A stretch of 52,940 nucleotides of DNA from Candidatus Kaiserbacteria bacterium (lineage in GTDB: Bacteria; Patescibacteriota; Minisyncoccia; Phycocordibacterales; Phycocordibacteraceae): assembly GCA_023269035.1 (NCBI GenBank), contig JAHFMJ010000004.1, forward strand, positions 1 through 52,940. The letters run 5' to 3'. The translations under genes were made by a program, and so were the position numbers. Positions 8,618 through 17,540 of this stretch are shown in pieces; position 1 is the stretch's first letter; every line of letters starts with the position of its first letter. The notes below the pieces were generated by a model. It saw only the letters and a program-made list of their open reading frames with translations, was not told where the DNA came from and ran no database searches.

Positions 8618-10516
8618 ATGGAGATGGACCATTCATCGCATGATAAGCATGCCGGGCATCGCACAGCGGATTTTCTAAAAAAGTTCTGGATCGCGATAGG
8701 GTTTTCTGTTCCGATATTTTTTTATTCTGAAATGGCTCATGAGGTGTTTAATCTCCACGGTCCTGAATTTTTTGCTTGGCACTATGTGCTTCTCGTTCTG
8801 GGGTCCGCAGTATTTTTCTACTGCGGATGGATATTTCTCATAGGTGCATATCGCGAACTACACATGCGCATGCCCGGCATGATGACGTTAATAGCGCTTG
8901 CAATCAGTGCGGCCTATGCCTACAGTTTTTCTTCAATTCTCCTTGGGACCGGTCATGATCTCCTTTTTGAACTTTCTACACTTATTTCAATCATGCTCTT
9001 GGGGCATTGGATCGAGATGCGCTCTGTTCAAGGAGCGAAGGGGGCACTCAAAGAACTTGCAAAGCTTCTGCCTGATACTGCGGAAGTGGTCCGAAATGGA
9101 AAAACGGAGATTGTCTCGCTTAATGCACTGAAAGTGGGAGATTACGTACTCGTGAAGCCTGGCGGAAAAGTTCCTGCCGATGGACGTATCGTTGAGGGAG
9201 AGTCTGAAGTCGACGAAGCAATTATTACCGGCGAATCAAAACCGATACACAAATCAATAGGTACAGAGGTCATCGCTGGCTCTATAAATGGTGATGGAAG
9301 TCTCACACTCGAAATAACGCAGATTGGAGAAAAAACATTTCTTGCCGGCGTTATGCGCTTGGTCGCTGACGCAGAGGCTTCAAAATCAAAATTACAGATG
9401 CTTTCTGACAAGGCAGCATTTTATTTAACACTTGTTGCTATTGGCGCTGGAGGTGCAACGTTTCTCGTGTGGTTTTTTGCACAAGCAGGTATCGGGGTAG
9501 CCACAGAGCGGCTTGTTGCGGTTCTTGTTATTACCTGCCCGCACGCACTCGGGCTCGCCATCCCGCTTGTTGCTGCAATCTCGACGACGATGGCTGCACG
9601 AAATGGCCTTTTGATTCGCAAACGAATGGCGCTCGAATCTGCTCGCAATATTGATACCGTACTTTTTGATAAGACAGGAACCCTCACGGAGGGTGCGTTC
9701 GCGGTTGTTTCATCAAGCTCCGACGAAACGCTCGCCATTGCCGCTGCGGTCGAGCAGCACTCTGAACACCCGATAGGTAAAGCGATTATCATTGAAGCAA
9801 AAAAACGAAACCTTACAGTTGCGGAAGCTCAGAACTTTAAACGTATCTCCGGCATGGGCGCACAGGCAGACGTTATGGGCAAAACGATCTTCGTCGGACA
9901 GCGTGGCGGCGCAGATATCGTCGTTGAAGCGGAGGGCCAAAAAATAGGGAGCATCACAATTGCCGACAAGGTCCGGCCCGAAGCGCGGGAAGCGATTACA
10001 ACGCTCAAAGATATGGGATTGAGTATTACCATGATCACCGGAGATTCGCTTCAAGTTGCAAAAGAAGTTGCAGATGAGCTCGGTATAGAAGAGTATTTCG
10101 CTCGCGTGCATCCCGAAGAGAAGTCTGAAAAAGTGAAGCTCCTACAATCGCAGGGCAGACGGGTAGCGATGGTCGGCGACGGCGTGAATGATGCTCCAGC
10201 CCTTACGCAAGCCGATATCGGTATCGCCATCGGCGCAGGCACGAACGTCGCAATAGAGTCGGCAGGAATTATTCTTGTGAAAAATGACCCGCGAGATATT
10301 CCCAAGATTTTTAGGCTCTCACGCCTGACCTATAATAAAATGATACAAAATCTCTTTTGGGCGACCGGCTACAACGTGCTTGCGATTCCGCTTGCGGCTG
10401 GAGTACTAGCCTTTAAAGGCATACTTCTCCAGCCAGCTCTTGCCGCGGTTTTCATGTCGGCTAGTACAGTTATTGTAGCTTTTAACGCATTATTGCTGCG
10501 GAGACAAAAATTGTAA
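8618..10516 (+). CDS. copB: Copper-translocating P1B-type ATPase (CopB-like)
   Basis: His-rich N-terminus; TGES, CPHALG, DKTGTLT, SEHP, GDGVNDAP, YN and MSAST motifs. Confidence 0.9.
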   Translation: MEMDHSSHDKHAGHRTADFLKKFWIAIGFSVPIFFYSEMAHEVFNLHGPEFFAWHYVLLVLGSAVFFYCGWIFLIGAYRELHMRMPGMMTLIALAISAAYAYSFSSILLGTGHDLLFELSTLISIMLLGHWIEMRSVQGAKGALKELAKLLPDTAEVVRNGKTEIVSLNALKVGDYVLVKPGGKVPADGRIVEGESEVDEAIITGESKPIHKSIGTEVIAGSINGDGSLTLEITQIGEKTFLAGVMRLVADAEASKSKLQMLSDKAAFYLTLVAIGAGGATFLVWFFAQAGIGVATERLVAVLVITCPHALGLAIPLVAAISTTMAARNGLLIRKRMALESARNIDTVLFDKTGTLTEGAFAVVSSSSDETLAIAAAVEQHSEHPIGKAIIIEAKKRNLTVAEAQNFKRISGMGAQADVMGKTIFVGQRGGADIVVEAEGQKIGSITIADKVRPEAREAITTLKDMGLSITMITGDSLQVAKEVADELGIEEYFARVHPEEKSEKVKLLQSQGRRVAMVGDGVNDAPALTQADIGIAIGAGTNVAIESAGIILVKNDPRDIPKIFRLSRLTYNKMIQNLFWATGYNVLAIPLAAGVLAFKGILLQPALAAVFMSASTVIVAFNALLLRRQKL

Positions 10517-10562
10517 AATAGTTCCAAAGTCTCTTTCGTGTTTTTTGCGTTACTATTGAGCC

Positions 10563-10955
10563 ATGGCAAGAACGCTCACGGATCTGCGCAAAGTGCTTGC
10601 GGCTCATCCGAAGGCACAAGCACTGTGGGAGGACCTCACGCCTATAGCGCGGAGGGACTTCATGAGTTGGATAGAATCTGCCAAACAACCGGAAACCCGC
10701 AGACGTCGGGCCGAGAGTATCCCTTCGAGGCTCGCGTCCGGAAAGCGCCGCCCCTGCTGTTATGCCCTCGTACCGATGAATCTGTACAAAGCTCTCGCGC
10801 TTCTCCCTAAGGCAAGAGCGCAGTGGAAAAGCCTCACGCCCGATGAGCATAGGGATTTTACTGATTGGATACACGAGGCGGAAGAGCCTGGGTTGCGTGC
10901 ACAGAGGATCAACAAAACCTGCATGATGCTTGCCGCCGGAAAGCGTCACCCCTAA
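10563..10955 (+). CDS. YdeI/OmpD-associated family protein (tandem domain)
   Basis: Two repeats of W..LTP..RRDF..WI..AK.PETR.RR. Confidence 0.8.
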   Translation: MARTLTDLRKVLAAHPKAQALWEDLTPIARRDFMSWIESAKQPETRRRRAESIPSRLASGKRRPCCYALVPMNLYKALALLPKARAQWKSLTPDEHRDFTDWIHEAEEPGLRAQRINKTCMMLAAGKRHP

Positions 10956-10977
10956 CCTGACCGGCCAGCAAACATCC

Positions 10978-11646
10978 ATGGATCTAGCAACGATGCCAGA
11001 AGAAAAGCTCACTCTGCTCGAGAGGCGCCACGAGTATGGCGACGTGTACACGTACCTGTTCAAGCCCGCACAGCCAATCCCGTACCGCGCAGGGCAGTAT
11101 GCGCACGTGAGGCTCTTCGGCATGCCGCCAGAGGAGAGGGCCGTGCGGGAATTTTCGTTCGCATCGGCGCCGCATGATACCGAGATATCCTTCGGCGTCG
11201 ACTCCCGTTCGGGAAGTGCATACCAGAGGCGCTTGCATGCAATGAAAGCAGGAGAGACCGCAGGCATCTTCAAGATAAAAAGCCACATGACCTGGCCGCC
11301 CCCGGTGGTCTCTGATGTCGTGATGATAGCGGGCGGCATCGGGGTGACGCCGTTCCGTTCGATGTTACGTGACCTCGCGTATAAAAGAGTAAGCCTCACC
11401 TCGACGTTCATCCAGGTAGGGCGGGGGCCGTATCAAGATGAATTGTCTGCTCTCGTAGCCGAGTACAGGGCTATTCAAAGGGATGAGCTCCCCAGCACTC
11501 TTGCTCAGACGATCCAGGAGCACCATGACGCGCACTACTACCTCGCTGGTTCCCCCGGCTTCGTGCAAACCGTTGCCGCAGCCCTCTCCGCATCGGGTAT
11601 CACGCGCGTGGAGAGCGATGAGTTCAAAGGGCTCGCGGAATACTGA
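10978..11646 (+). CDS. FAD/NAD(P)-binding oxidoreductase (ferredoxin-NADP reductase family)
   Basis: YRAGQY, REFSFAS, IAGGIGVTPF and YLAGSP motifs. Confidence 0.85.
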   Translation: MDLATMPEEKLTLLERRHEYGDVYTYLFKPAQPIPYRAGQYAHVRLFGMPPEERAVREFSFASAPHDTEISFGVDSRSGSAYQRRLHAMKAGETAGIFKIKSHMTWPPPVVSDVVMIAGGIGVTPFRSMLRDLAYKRVSLTSTFIQVGRGPYQDELSALVAEYRAIQRDELPSTLAQTIQEHHDAHYYLAGSPGFVQTVAAALSASGITRVESDEFKGLAEY

Positions 11647-11671
11647 CTTAACATCTTGTTACGATTATTGT

Positions 11672-11917
11672 ATGTATTTCCTCTATATTCTCGAGTGCAA
11701 GAACGGCTCGCTGTACACGGGCATAACGACCGATGTTGATCGGAGGTTTGCTGAGCACAAGAGCGGGGCCGGCGGCCGCTACACCAGATCGCATGAAGTA
11801 CTCCGCGTTGCATATACGGAAAGGTGTCCGGACCGGTCATCCGCCCTGAGACGCGAAGCGGAAATCAAGCGTTGGCCGCGAGAAAAGAAGAGAGGGCTCA
11901 TCGGCCTCGTAAAATAA
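11672..11917 (+). CDS. GIY-YIG nuclease family protein, copy 2
   Basis: YFLYILECKNGSLYTGITTD; clearly homologous to 6165-6413. Confidence 0.9.
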   Translation: MYFLYILECKNGSLYTGITTDVDRRFAEHKSGAGGRYTRSHEVLRVAYTERCPDRSSALRREAEIKRWPREKKRGLIGLVK

Positions 11918-11930
11918 GTATAATGAGGTC

Positions 11931-12080
11931 ATGAACAAGATAAGCACCAATTTTGCGATATTCGTACTGTTCTTCGGCGTCGCCGCAGTGCAGGCAATCC
12001 AGACGCGCAACTGGCTCATGGTCGCTTTCTGGGTCGCCATCGGCCTTGTTTTCCTCTCTGCGGACTTTAAAAAACCGTAA
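11931..12080 (+). CDS. Small 2-TM membrane protein (49 aa, not in ORF track)
   Basis: MNKISTNFAIFVLFFGVAAVQAIQTRNWLMVAFWVAIGLVFLSADFKKP; TATAAT 6 nt upstream. Confidence 0.7.
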   Translation: MNKISTNFAIFVLFFGVAAVQAIQTRNWLMVAFWVAIGLVFLSADFKKP

Positions 12081-12112
12081 CCGCTGTCGCATCGTCGGCT
12101 GAGCAAATACCT

Positions 12113-13282
12113 ATGAAGGAAAAAATCCTCGGCTTGCAGAAAAACATCTTCTTTCTCGGCCTCACCAGCTTCTTCAATGATTTTTCGTCTGAGATGGTCT
12201 TGTCGGTCCTGCCCGCGTTCTTCATCTCCGTGCTCAAGTCCGGCGCCGGAGCGCTCGGCATCGTCGAGGGTATTGCCGAGGCCGCCGCGAACGTCATCAA
12301 GATCTACTCAGGTCGTTGGTCCGACCGGATAGAGCGCCGGAAGATATTTGCCGTTGCCGGATACACACTCTCGGTCATGACCCGGCCGCTCTACCTCCTC
12401 GCCAGCTCCGTCGGCTCGGTCATCGGTTTGCGGCTCGTCGACAGGATCGGGAAGGGCCTTAGGGATTCGCCGCGCGACGCGCTCATATCGCTCTCTACTC
12501 CAAAAGAGGAAGTGGGACGGTCGTTCGGCTACCACCGGGCAATGGATACCCTCGGCGCTATTGCCGGCCCGCTCGTTGCGTACCTCATCCTTCAGCAGTT
12601 CCCGCAGGGATTCAATGTCATATTTATCACTGCATTCGTCGTCGGTCTTGTGGCCATCGCGAGCCTCTCTCTGGTGAAGGACGTGCGGCAGGTGATCGAG
12701 CACGCGCGGAGCAGCGACGCTCCGCGCGTGCTCCCGTTGCGATTCAAGCTCTACATAGCATCTATCTTCATATTCTCGCTCGGCACGCTCCCGGTTGCGA
12801 TAGTGCTTTTTAAGACGCAGGATCTTGGTATCACCATCGCGTCGATCCCGCTCTTCTATATGATCTACAACGTTTCCTACGCGCTGTTTTCGTTGCCGGC
12901 GGGACGCGCGGCCGACTCGATAGGCAGCGGGACCGTCATCATCGTCGGATATATATTCCTCATACTCGGCTATCTCGTCTTGGATATCTCTTCGACGCTC
13001 CCGGTCCTCGTTGCAGGATTCTTGTTGCTCGGCGTCTTTTCTGCCCTTACTGATGGCGTGCAGCGGTCACATCTTTCTCACCTCGTCGAGGACAGGTACA
13101 AGGGTGCCGCGTATGGCTACCTCAATGCGGCGTCCGGATTCGGAGCTCTTATCGCCGGTGCGGTCGGCGGGTACCTTTGGCAGAACTATGGCGATGCATT
13201 CGCCCTCACTCTCGGTGTGGGAGTCGTCCTCTTCGGCCTCGTCTTCTTTACCGTCGGCGGCCTTATTGTCCCGAAAGGCTGA
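12113..13282 (+). CDS. MFS transporter
   Basis: About 12 TM; GRWSDRIERRK, DRIGKGLRDSPRDA and GRAADSIG motifs. Confidence 0.92.
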   Translation: MKEKILGLQKNIFFLGLTSFFNDFSSEMVLSVLPAFFISVLKSGAGALGIVEGIAEAAANVIKIYSGRWSDRIERRKIFAVAGYTLSVMTRPLYLLASSVGSVIGLRLVDRIGKGLRDSPRDALISLSTPKEEVGRSFGYHRAMDTLGAIAGPLVAYLILQQFPQGFNVIFITAFVVGLVAIASLSLVKDVRQVIEHARSSDAPRVLPLRFKLYIASIFIFSLGTLPVAIVLFKTQDLGITIASIPLFYMIYNVSYALFSLPAGRAADSIGSGTVIIVGYIFLILGYLVLDISSTLPVLVAGFLLLGVFSALTDGVQRSHLSHLVEDRYKGAAYGYLNAASGFGALIAGAVGGYLWQNYGDAFALTLGVGVVLFGLVFFTVGGLIVPKG

Positions 13283-13337
13283 AAGGGCCTGTGGATACCA
13301 ATCTACACGCTTTTCAAATGAAGGGTAGGATGAAGAT

Positions 13338-14492
13338 ATGAATACCCCCACCCGCATATCGCTTTTAGGAGCGCTTGCTTTGTTTGCTCTTTCGCCGCTT
13401 TTCGCAAGTGCGATGGAGGTGCAGGCAAACAAAGAGGCAATGGTTGCTGCGGGGGCGACGGTCATGGACGACCAGTACCTCGCAGGCGGCACCGTCACGG
13501 CAGCAGGGAACTTTAGTCGCGATCTTGCCGTAGCAGGCGGGACCGTCCTCGTGTCAGGCCCTATCGTAGGCGAGCTCCTCGCCGTAGGTGGCAACCTCAC
13601 CTTTACGGGCACGGTCGGCAGCACCGCACGCATCGCGGGAGGCAACCTCATCATCCAAGGCGCCGTCGGGCACGACCTCGTTGCCGCGGGCGGGCAGGTC
13701 ATTGTCGGCGGCCCGGGCATCGCGGGAAGCGCGCTGCTCGCAGGCGGCACCGTCTCGCTCTCAGCGCCGGTAAAAGGAGACCTGCGGATAGCGGGCGGCG
13801 ACGTGACGATAGACGCACCGATATCCGGCAACGTCGAGGTGCGCGCTCAGAGGGTGACGCTCGGCAGCCACGCGACTATTGGTGGCACCTTTACCTACAC
13901 GGCCCCGCAAGCCGCGACAGTCATGACTGGCGCGGTCATCACCGGTGCGACCACGTATCATGAGAGCAAAGAAGTGCCGACGCCGACGAAGGCAGGCATC
14001 GCGGCAGCCGCCGCAGCAATATTCTCGCTCCTCTTCTTCGGCAAAGTGCTCGCTTCCCTCGTCGGCGCACTCGCTATCGGACTCTTTTTCAAGCGCTACG
14101 CGCGCGAGATCGTGAAGCATGTGGTGAAAGACCCCTGGGGTGAGGTGGGCCGCGGGCTCGTGGTTGCCATCGTCATGCCGGTCGCATCGATACTGCTTTT
14201 CTTCACTGTTGTGGGCATCCCGCTCGGCATACTCGGACTGCTCGTCTCTATCGTACTTTTCGTCTTTACCGGGCTTACGGCGCCTGTCGTCGCGGGCTCG
14301 CTCGTGCATAAGTGGATATGGAAGCCGGGCGAGTATCAAGTGAACTGGAAGATAATCCTTCTCGGCGTTGCCGTCATGCTCGTGCTCGACCTCATCCCGC
14401 TCATCGGGTGGCTCATACGGCTTGGCATCTTCCTTGCGACGCTCGGCGCGGTAGCCGCGCTCAAGTGGTCGGTCGCTAAGGAGTGGCGTTAA
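13338..14492 (+). CDS. Secreted beta-helix (bactofilin-like AGG repeats) protein with C-terminal TM bundle
   Basis: Signal peptide, repeated AGG.V.V.G.V.GD units, hydrophobic C-terminus. Confidence 0.75.
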   Translation: MNTPTRISLLGALALFALSPLFASAMEVQANKEAMVAAGATVMDDQYLAGGTVTAAGNFSRDLAVAGGTVLVSGPIVGELLAVGGNLTFTGTVGSTARIAGGNLIIQGAVGHDLVAAGGQVIVGGPGIAGSALLAGGTVSLSAPVKGDLRIAGGDVTIDAPISGNVEVRAQRVTLGSHATIGGTFTYTAPQAATVMTGAVITGATTYHESKEVPTPTKAGIAAAAAAIFSLLFFGKVLASLVGALAIGLFFKRYAREIVKHVVKDPWGEVGRGLVVAIVMPVASILLFFTVVGIPLGILGLLVSIVLFVFTGLTAPVVAGSLVHKWIWKPGEYQVNWKIILLGVAVMLVLDLIPLIGWLIRLGIFLATLGAVAALKWSVAKEWR

Positions 14493-14496
14493 TAGC

Positions 14497-14667
14497 ATGG
14501 ATATGAATCATATGGACAAGATAAAAATCGAGAATCACACGGTAGGCGGGGGATTATGGATCGCCGCATGGCTCTTCACCATCGGGTACCTCCACCTCTC
14601 GTTCTGGCAGGGCGTGTTTGCGGTCCTGCTCTGGCCCTATTACCTCGGCGCCTTCTTCTCGATGTAG
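14497..14667 (+). CDS. Small membrane protein (56 aa, not in ORF track)
   Basis: MDMNHMDKIKIENHTVGGGLWIAAWLFTIGYLHLSFWQGVFAVLLWPYYLGAFFSM fills the gap. Confidence 0.7.
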   Translation: MDMNHMDKIKIENHTVGGGLWIAAWLFTIGYLHLSFWQGVFAVLLWPYYLGAFFSM

Positions 14668-14705
14668 GTAACCGTTATCCGGGCTCTTAAGTTTGATATC
14701 AGGAT

Positions 14706-15017
14706 ATGCAAAACCCTTTTGCCAATGCTACGCTCGCGGCGCTCTATATCATTGGTATCGTCTATGCCATCGATACGTTCTCCCGGCTCTCCGTTGCTCC
14801 CAAAGGGCCGACGCTCCTCGTGCCTATGACCATCCTCTCGCTTTTTGTCCTCTCAGCGGCGGTGATGGGTTTCCTCTTCGTCTATCAGCCTTTGCGCCTC
14901 TACATGGAAGGGCACAAGAAAGATGCAGTGCAATTTTTTGCCAAGACGACGCTCACCTTCGCCTGTTTCGCCCTCCTATTTCTCATCACACTCCTATCAA
15001 CCTCGCTCGGCGCTTGA
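14706..15017 (+). CDS. Small 3-TM membrane protein
   Basis: Hydrophobic ORF with host-like codon usage. Confidence 0.7.
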   Translation: MQNPFANATLAALYIIGIVYAIDTFSRLSVAPKGPTLLVPMTILSLFVLSAAVMGFLFVYQPLRLYMEGHKKDAVQFFAKTTLTFACFALLFLITLLSTSLGA

Positions 15018-15031
15018 TATACTAACTGCAT

Positions 15032-15364
15032 ATGCAAAAATTCATGGTGCTCTACCAGGCTCCGTCCACGGCCATGCAAGAGTGGATGAAGAAGCCTGAG
15101 TCAGAGCGTAAAGAAGCGGAGCAGAAAATGAAAGATGAGTGGGGCGCGTGGATGAAAGCCCACCCCATGGTGCTCAACACCATCGCGGTCGGCAAGGCGA
15201 AGCGTGTCACGAAAGGGAACGTTGCAGACGCGAGCAACGACATCATGATCTCTTCCTACGTGGAGGCAGAGTCTCCTGAAGCGGCTGCTGCGCTCTTTAC
15301 GGACCATCCGCATTTCGGCATCCCCGGCGCCACTATCGAGGTAATGCCCATCCGGCCGATGTAA
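15032..15364 (+). CDS. YciI-like protein
   Basis: KFMVLY, W.AW, VEAES.EAA and HPH...IEVMP pattern. Confidence 0.65.
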   Translation: MQKFMVLYQAPSTAMQEWMKKPESERKEAEQKMKDEWGAWMKAHPMVLNTIAVGKAKRVTKGNVADASNDIMISSYVEAESPEAAAALFTDHPHFGIPGATIEVMPIRPM

Positions 15365-15367
15365 GCC

Positions 15368-15850
15368 ATGCAGAAGATCACGCCACACCTTTGGTTCGAC
15401 AAACAGGCCAAAGAGGCCGCTGAGTATTACGTATCAGTGTTCGGCGACCTGCCTGCGCAGGCAGGGGGTTCGAAGGTAACGAGCGTTCAGACAATCCACG
15501 ACACTCCTTCGGGCGACGCAGATATCGTCACCTTCACGCTACGCGGTCAGGATTTCATGGCTATCAGCGGCGGACCTCTCTTCAAGTTCACCGAGGCGAT
15601 ATCTTTCATCGTCAACTGCGATACGCAGGAGGAGGTAGACCACTTTTGGAGCAAGCTCTCTGCAGTGCCCGAGAGCGAGCAGTGCGGCTGGTGCAAAGAT
15701 AAGTTTGGCCTCAGCTGGCAGATAGTGCCTTCGGCGATGGGGGAGATGATGAGCAAAGGCACCCCGGAGCAGATGGGCCGCGTAACGCAGGCCTTCCTCA
15801 AGATGAAAAAGTTTGACATCGCCGCGCTCAGGGCGGCGTACGAGGGTTGA
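15368..15850 (+). CDS. VOC/PhnB family protein
   Basis: KITPHLWFD, GGP.FKFTEAISF, QEEVD and CGWCKDKFGLSWQIVP motifs. Confidence 0.9.
   Translation: MQKITPHLWFDKQAKEAAEYYVSVFGDLPAQAGGSKVTSVQTIHDTPSGDADIVTFTLRGQDFMAISGGPLFKFTEAISFIVNCDTQEEVDHFWSKLSAVPESEQCGWCKDKFGLSWQIVPSAMGEMMSKGTPEQMGRVTQAFLKMKKFDIAALRAAYEG
15448..15465. repeat. Perfect 18-bp palindrome CCTGCCTGCGCAGGCAGG inserted in-frame in CDS
   Basis: Self-complementary, multiple of 3, encodes LPAQAG. Confidence 0.75.
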
Positions 15851-15903
15851 GATTGGAGGTATACTTTACTCAGGTTCCTTATTAAGTAATTACCTATTTT
15901 CAT

Positions 15904-16338
15904 ATGGTAGTAGTTCCGGTTAATTATCTCGCGGTGGTTGCAGCGGCCGTTGCCGCGTTCGTTATCAGTTGGTTGTGGTACGGCCCCATCTTCGGCAAGG
16001 CGTGGATGAAGTCGGCCGGCATGGGCGAGCTGACGCCTGAAATGAAGGCGATGGGTATGAAGAAGATGCCGATGAACATGATGATCCAGTTCGTCGGAAC
16101 GCTCCTCATGGCGTACGTGCTCCAGCACTCGCTCGTGTTCGCCTCTGCCTACATGCAGGCCTCCGGCCTCTCCGCCGGGCTCATGGCAGGCTTTTGGAGT
16201 TGGCTTGGCTTTGTCGCTCCCGTCACCGTGGGCATGGTGCTGTGGGAGGGAAGGCCGTGGAAGTACTGGTGCATCGTCGCCGGCAACTGGCTCGTCAACC
16301 TCCTCGTCGTCGGCGCCATCTTGGCATTGTGGGTGTAG
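15904..16338 (+). CDS. DUF1761 family membrane protein
   Basis: NYLAV, LWYGPIFGKAWM and W.GF motifs. Confidence 0.8.
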   Translation: MVVVPVNYLAVVAAAVAAFVISWLWYGPIFGKAWMKSAGMGELTPEMKAMGMKKMPMNMMIQFVGTLLMAYVLQHSLVFASAYMQASGLSAGLMAGFWSWLGFVAPVTVGMVLWEGRPWKYWCIVAGNWLVNLLVVGAILALWV

Positions 16339-16359
16339 CACTCGCAGCAGCATAAAACA

Positions 16360-16389
16360 CAAAATCCCGGTACGAGTACCGGGATTTTG
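16360..16389. terminator. Intrinsic terminator-like hairpin
   Basis: CAAAATCCCGGTAC-GA-GTACCGGGATTTTG. Confidence 0.75.
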
Positions 16390-16402
16390 CTATAGTGACT
16401 CT

Positions 16403-16738
16403 ATGTCCATCGACCGTAAGAGCAGTGAAGGTGTTATTTTTGCCAGCACGTCCGGCGACGCCGAGCCCAGTTGGGAAGGGAGGCACCTCAGCGTTGGTGA
16501 CTTGGTACAGATAAAAGATAAAGACACGGCACAGTTGCTCACCTCTGTCTTTTTTAAATTTACTCTCGAACAGAGATTTCGTGTCGTACTTGTACAGAAG
16601 CAGGGAAGGAAGCCTCACAAGCCGTACGCGGTCTTTATCCGCTTGTATGATCCCAACGACGGGCCTCCCTACAAAAAGAGGTTAGGAGACCAGGGTCCGA
16701 TAGGAGAGTCAAACTTGACCAAACTCTCTGATGCCTAG
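16403..16738 (+). CDS. Hypothetical protein
   Basis: ATG 6 nt after TATAGT; 111 aa. Confidence 0.55.
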   Translation: MSIDRKSSEGVIFASTSGDAEPSWEGRHLSVGDLVQIKDKDTAQLLTSVFFKFTLEQRFRVVLVQKQGRKPHKPYAVFIRLYDPNDGPPYKKRLGDQGPIGESNLTKLSDA

Positions 16739-16753
16739 CGAATCTAATAGGGT

Positions 16754-16912
16754 ATGAAAAAGCTTGTCTGGTTTGGGCTCATCGTCGGTTCCACTCTGGG
16801 CGGTATGGTGCCCTCGCTCTGGGGCGCTGACGTATTTTCCTTCTCCTCCATCATCCTCTCCGCCGTCGGCGGCCTCCTCGGCATCTACCTCGGCTATCTG
16901 TTGGGGAGGTGA
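16754..16912 (+). CDS. Small Gly-rich 2-TM membrane protein (52 aa, not in ORF track)
   Basis: MKKLVWFGLIVGSTLGGMVPSLWGADVFSFSSIILSAVGGLLGIYLGYLLGR. Confidence 0.7.
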   Translation: MKKLVWFGLIVGSTLGGMVPSLWGADVFSFSSIILSAVGGLLGIYLGYLLGR

Positions 16913-17006
16913 GTCGGGTATACTGCCCCTTATATGGTAGGAAATCCTGTTGCCTCCTTAAACAGAGATGCTAACGTAATTATGTTGGGGGATTGAGGAA
17001 AATAGT

Positions 17007-17537
17007 ATGAATTTAAAAATCCCAAGGCTTGGTGTGCGCCTCTTTGACCCCCGTAGTCCGGACTGGTGGGTTTACACAACGCTCTCTATTATTATCGTTG
17101 TCGTCCTTCCCTTCATAGCACTGTTGTTCGGAAGTGATGTAAGGTATGCGCAGGCGGCACATCTTCTTAGCTCACATTTGTTAATATTTAGTATTGTTTT
17201 GAGTGCAACGGACTTGGGATTATGGGCTGGTCGTGAACGCAAACAAGAAGAAGGAAAAGATTATAGAGCATCTATCTCTCGGCAGATATTAATTATAGTG
17301 ATTTCAACTCTTATGCTTGCCTCTCTTGAAGGCGTGGCATCGTATAACCCACACCCCAACCTCGTATTATGCTTTTCAGCTCTTATGGGTTTTGGATCTT
17401 TGTGGCTCTACAATCATAATCCTGAAAGTTCTGATTTAACCGATGATGCCATTTCAAAAGCTAAGTCAAAAGGAGAAGCAGAATTTGACGAAAGAATAAG
17501 AACAGAAGAACCTCAAGATATTGAGGTTAAACTATAA
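17007..17537 (+). CDS. Hypothetical 4-TM membrane protein (island)
   Basis: Four hydrophobic segments and charged tail; 3 nt before the DGQHR gene. Confidence 0.7.
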   Translation: MNLKIPRLGVRLFDPRSPDWWVYTTLSIIIVVVLPFIALLFGSDVRYAQAAHLLSSHLLIFSIVLSATDLGLWAGRERKQEEGKDYRASISRQILIIVISTLMLASLEGVASYNPHPNLVLCFSALMGFGSLWLYNHNPESSDLTDDAISKAKSKGEAEFDERIRTEEPQDIEVKL

Positions 17538-17540
17538 ATC

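Noticed and set aside
5124-12100. Prophage or integrative element at tRNA-Gln
   Set aside because: No integrase, transposase, phage genes or duplicated tRNA 3' end found.
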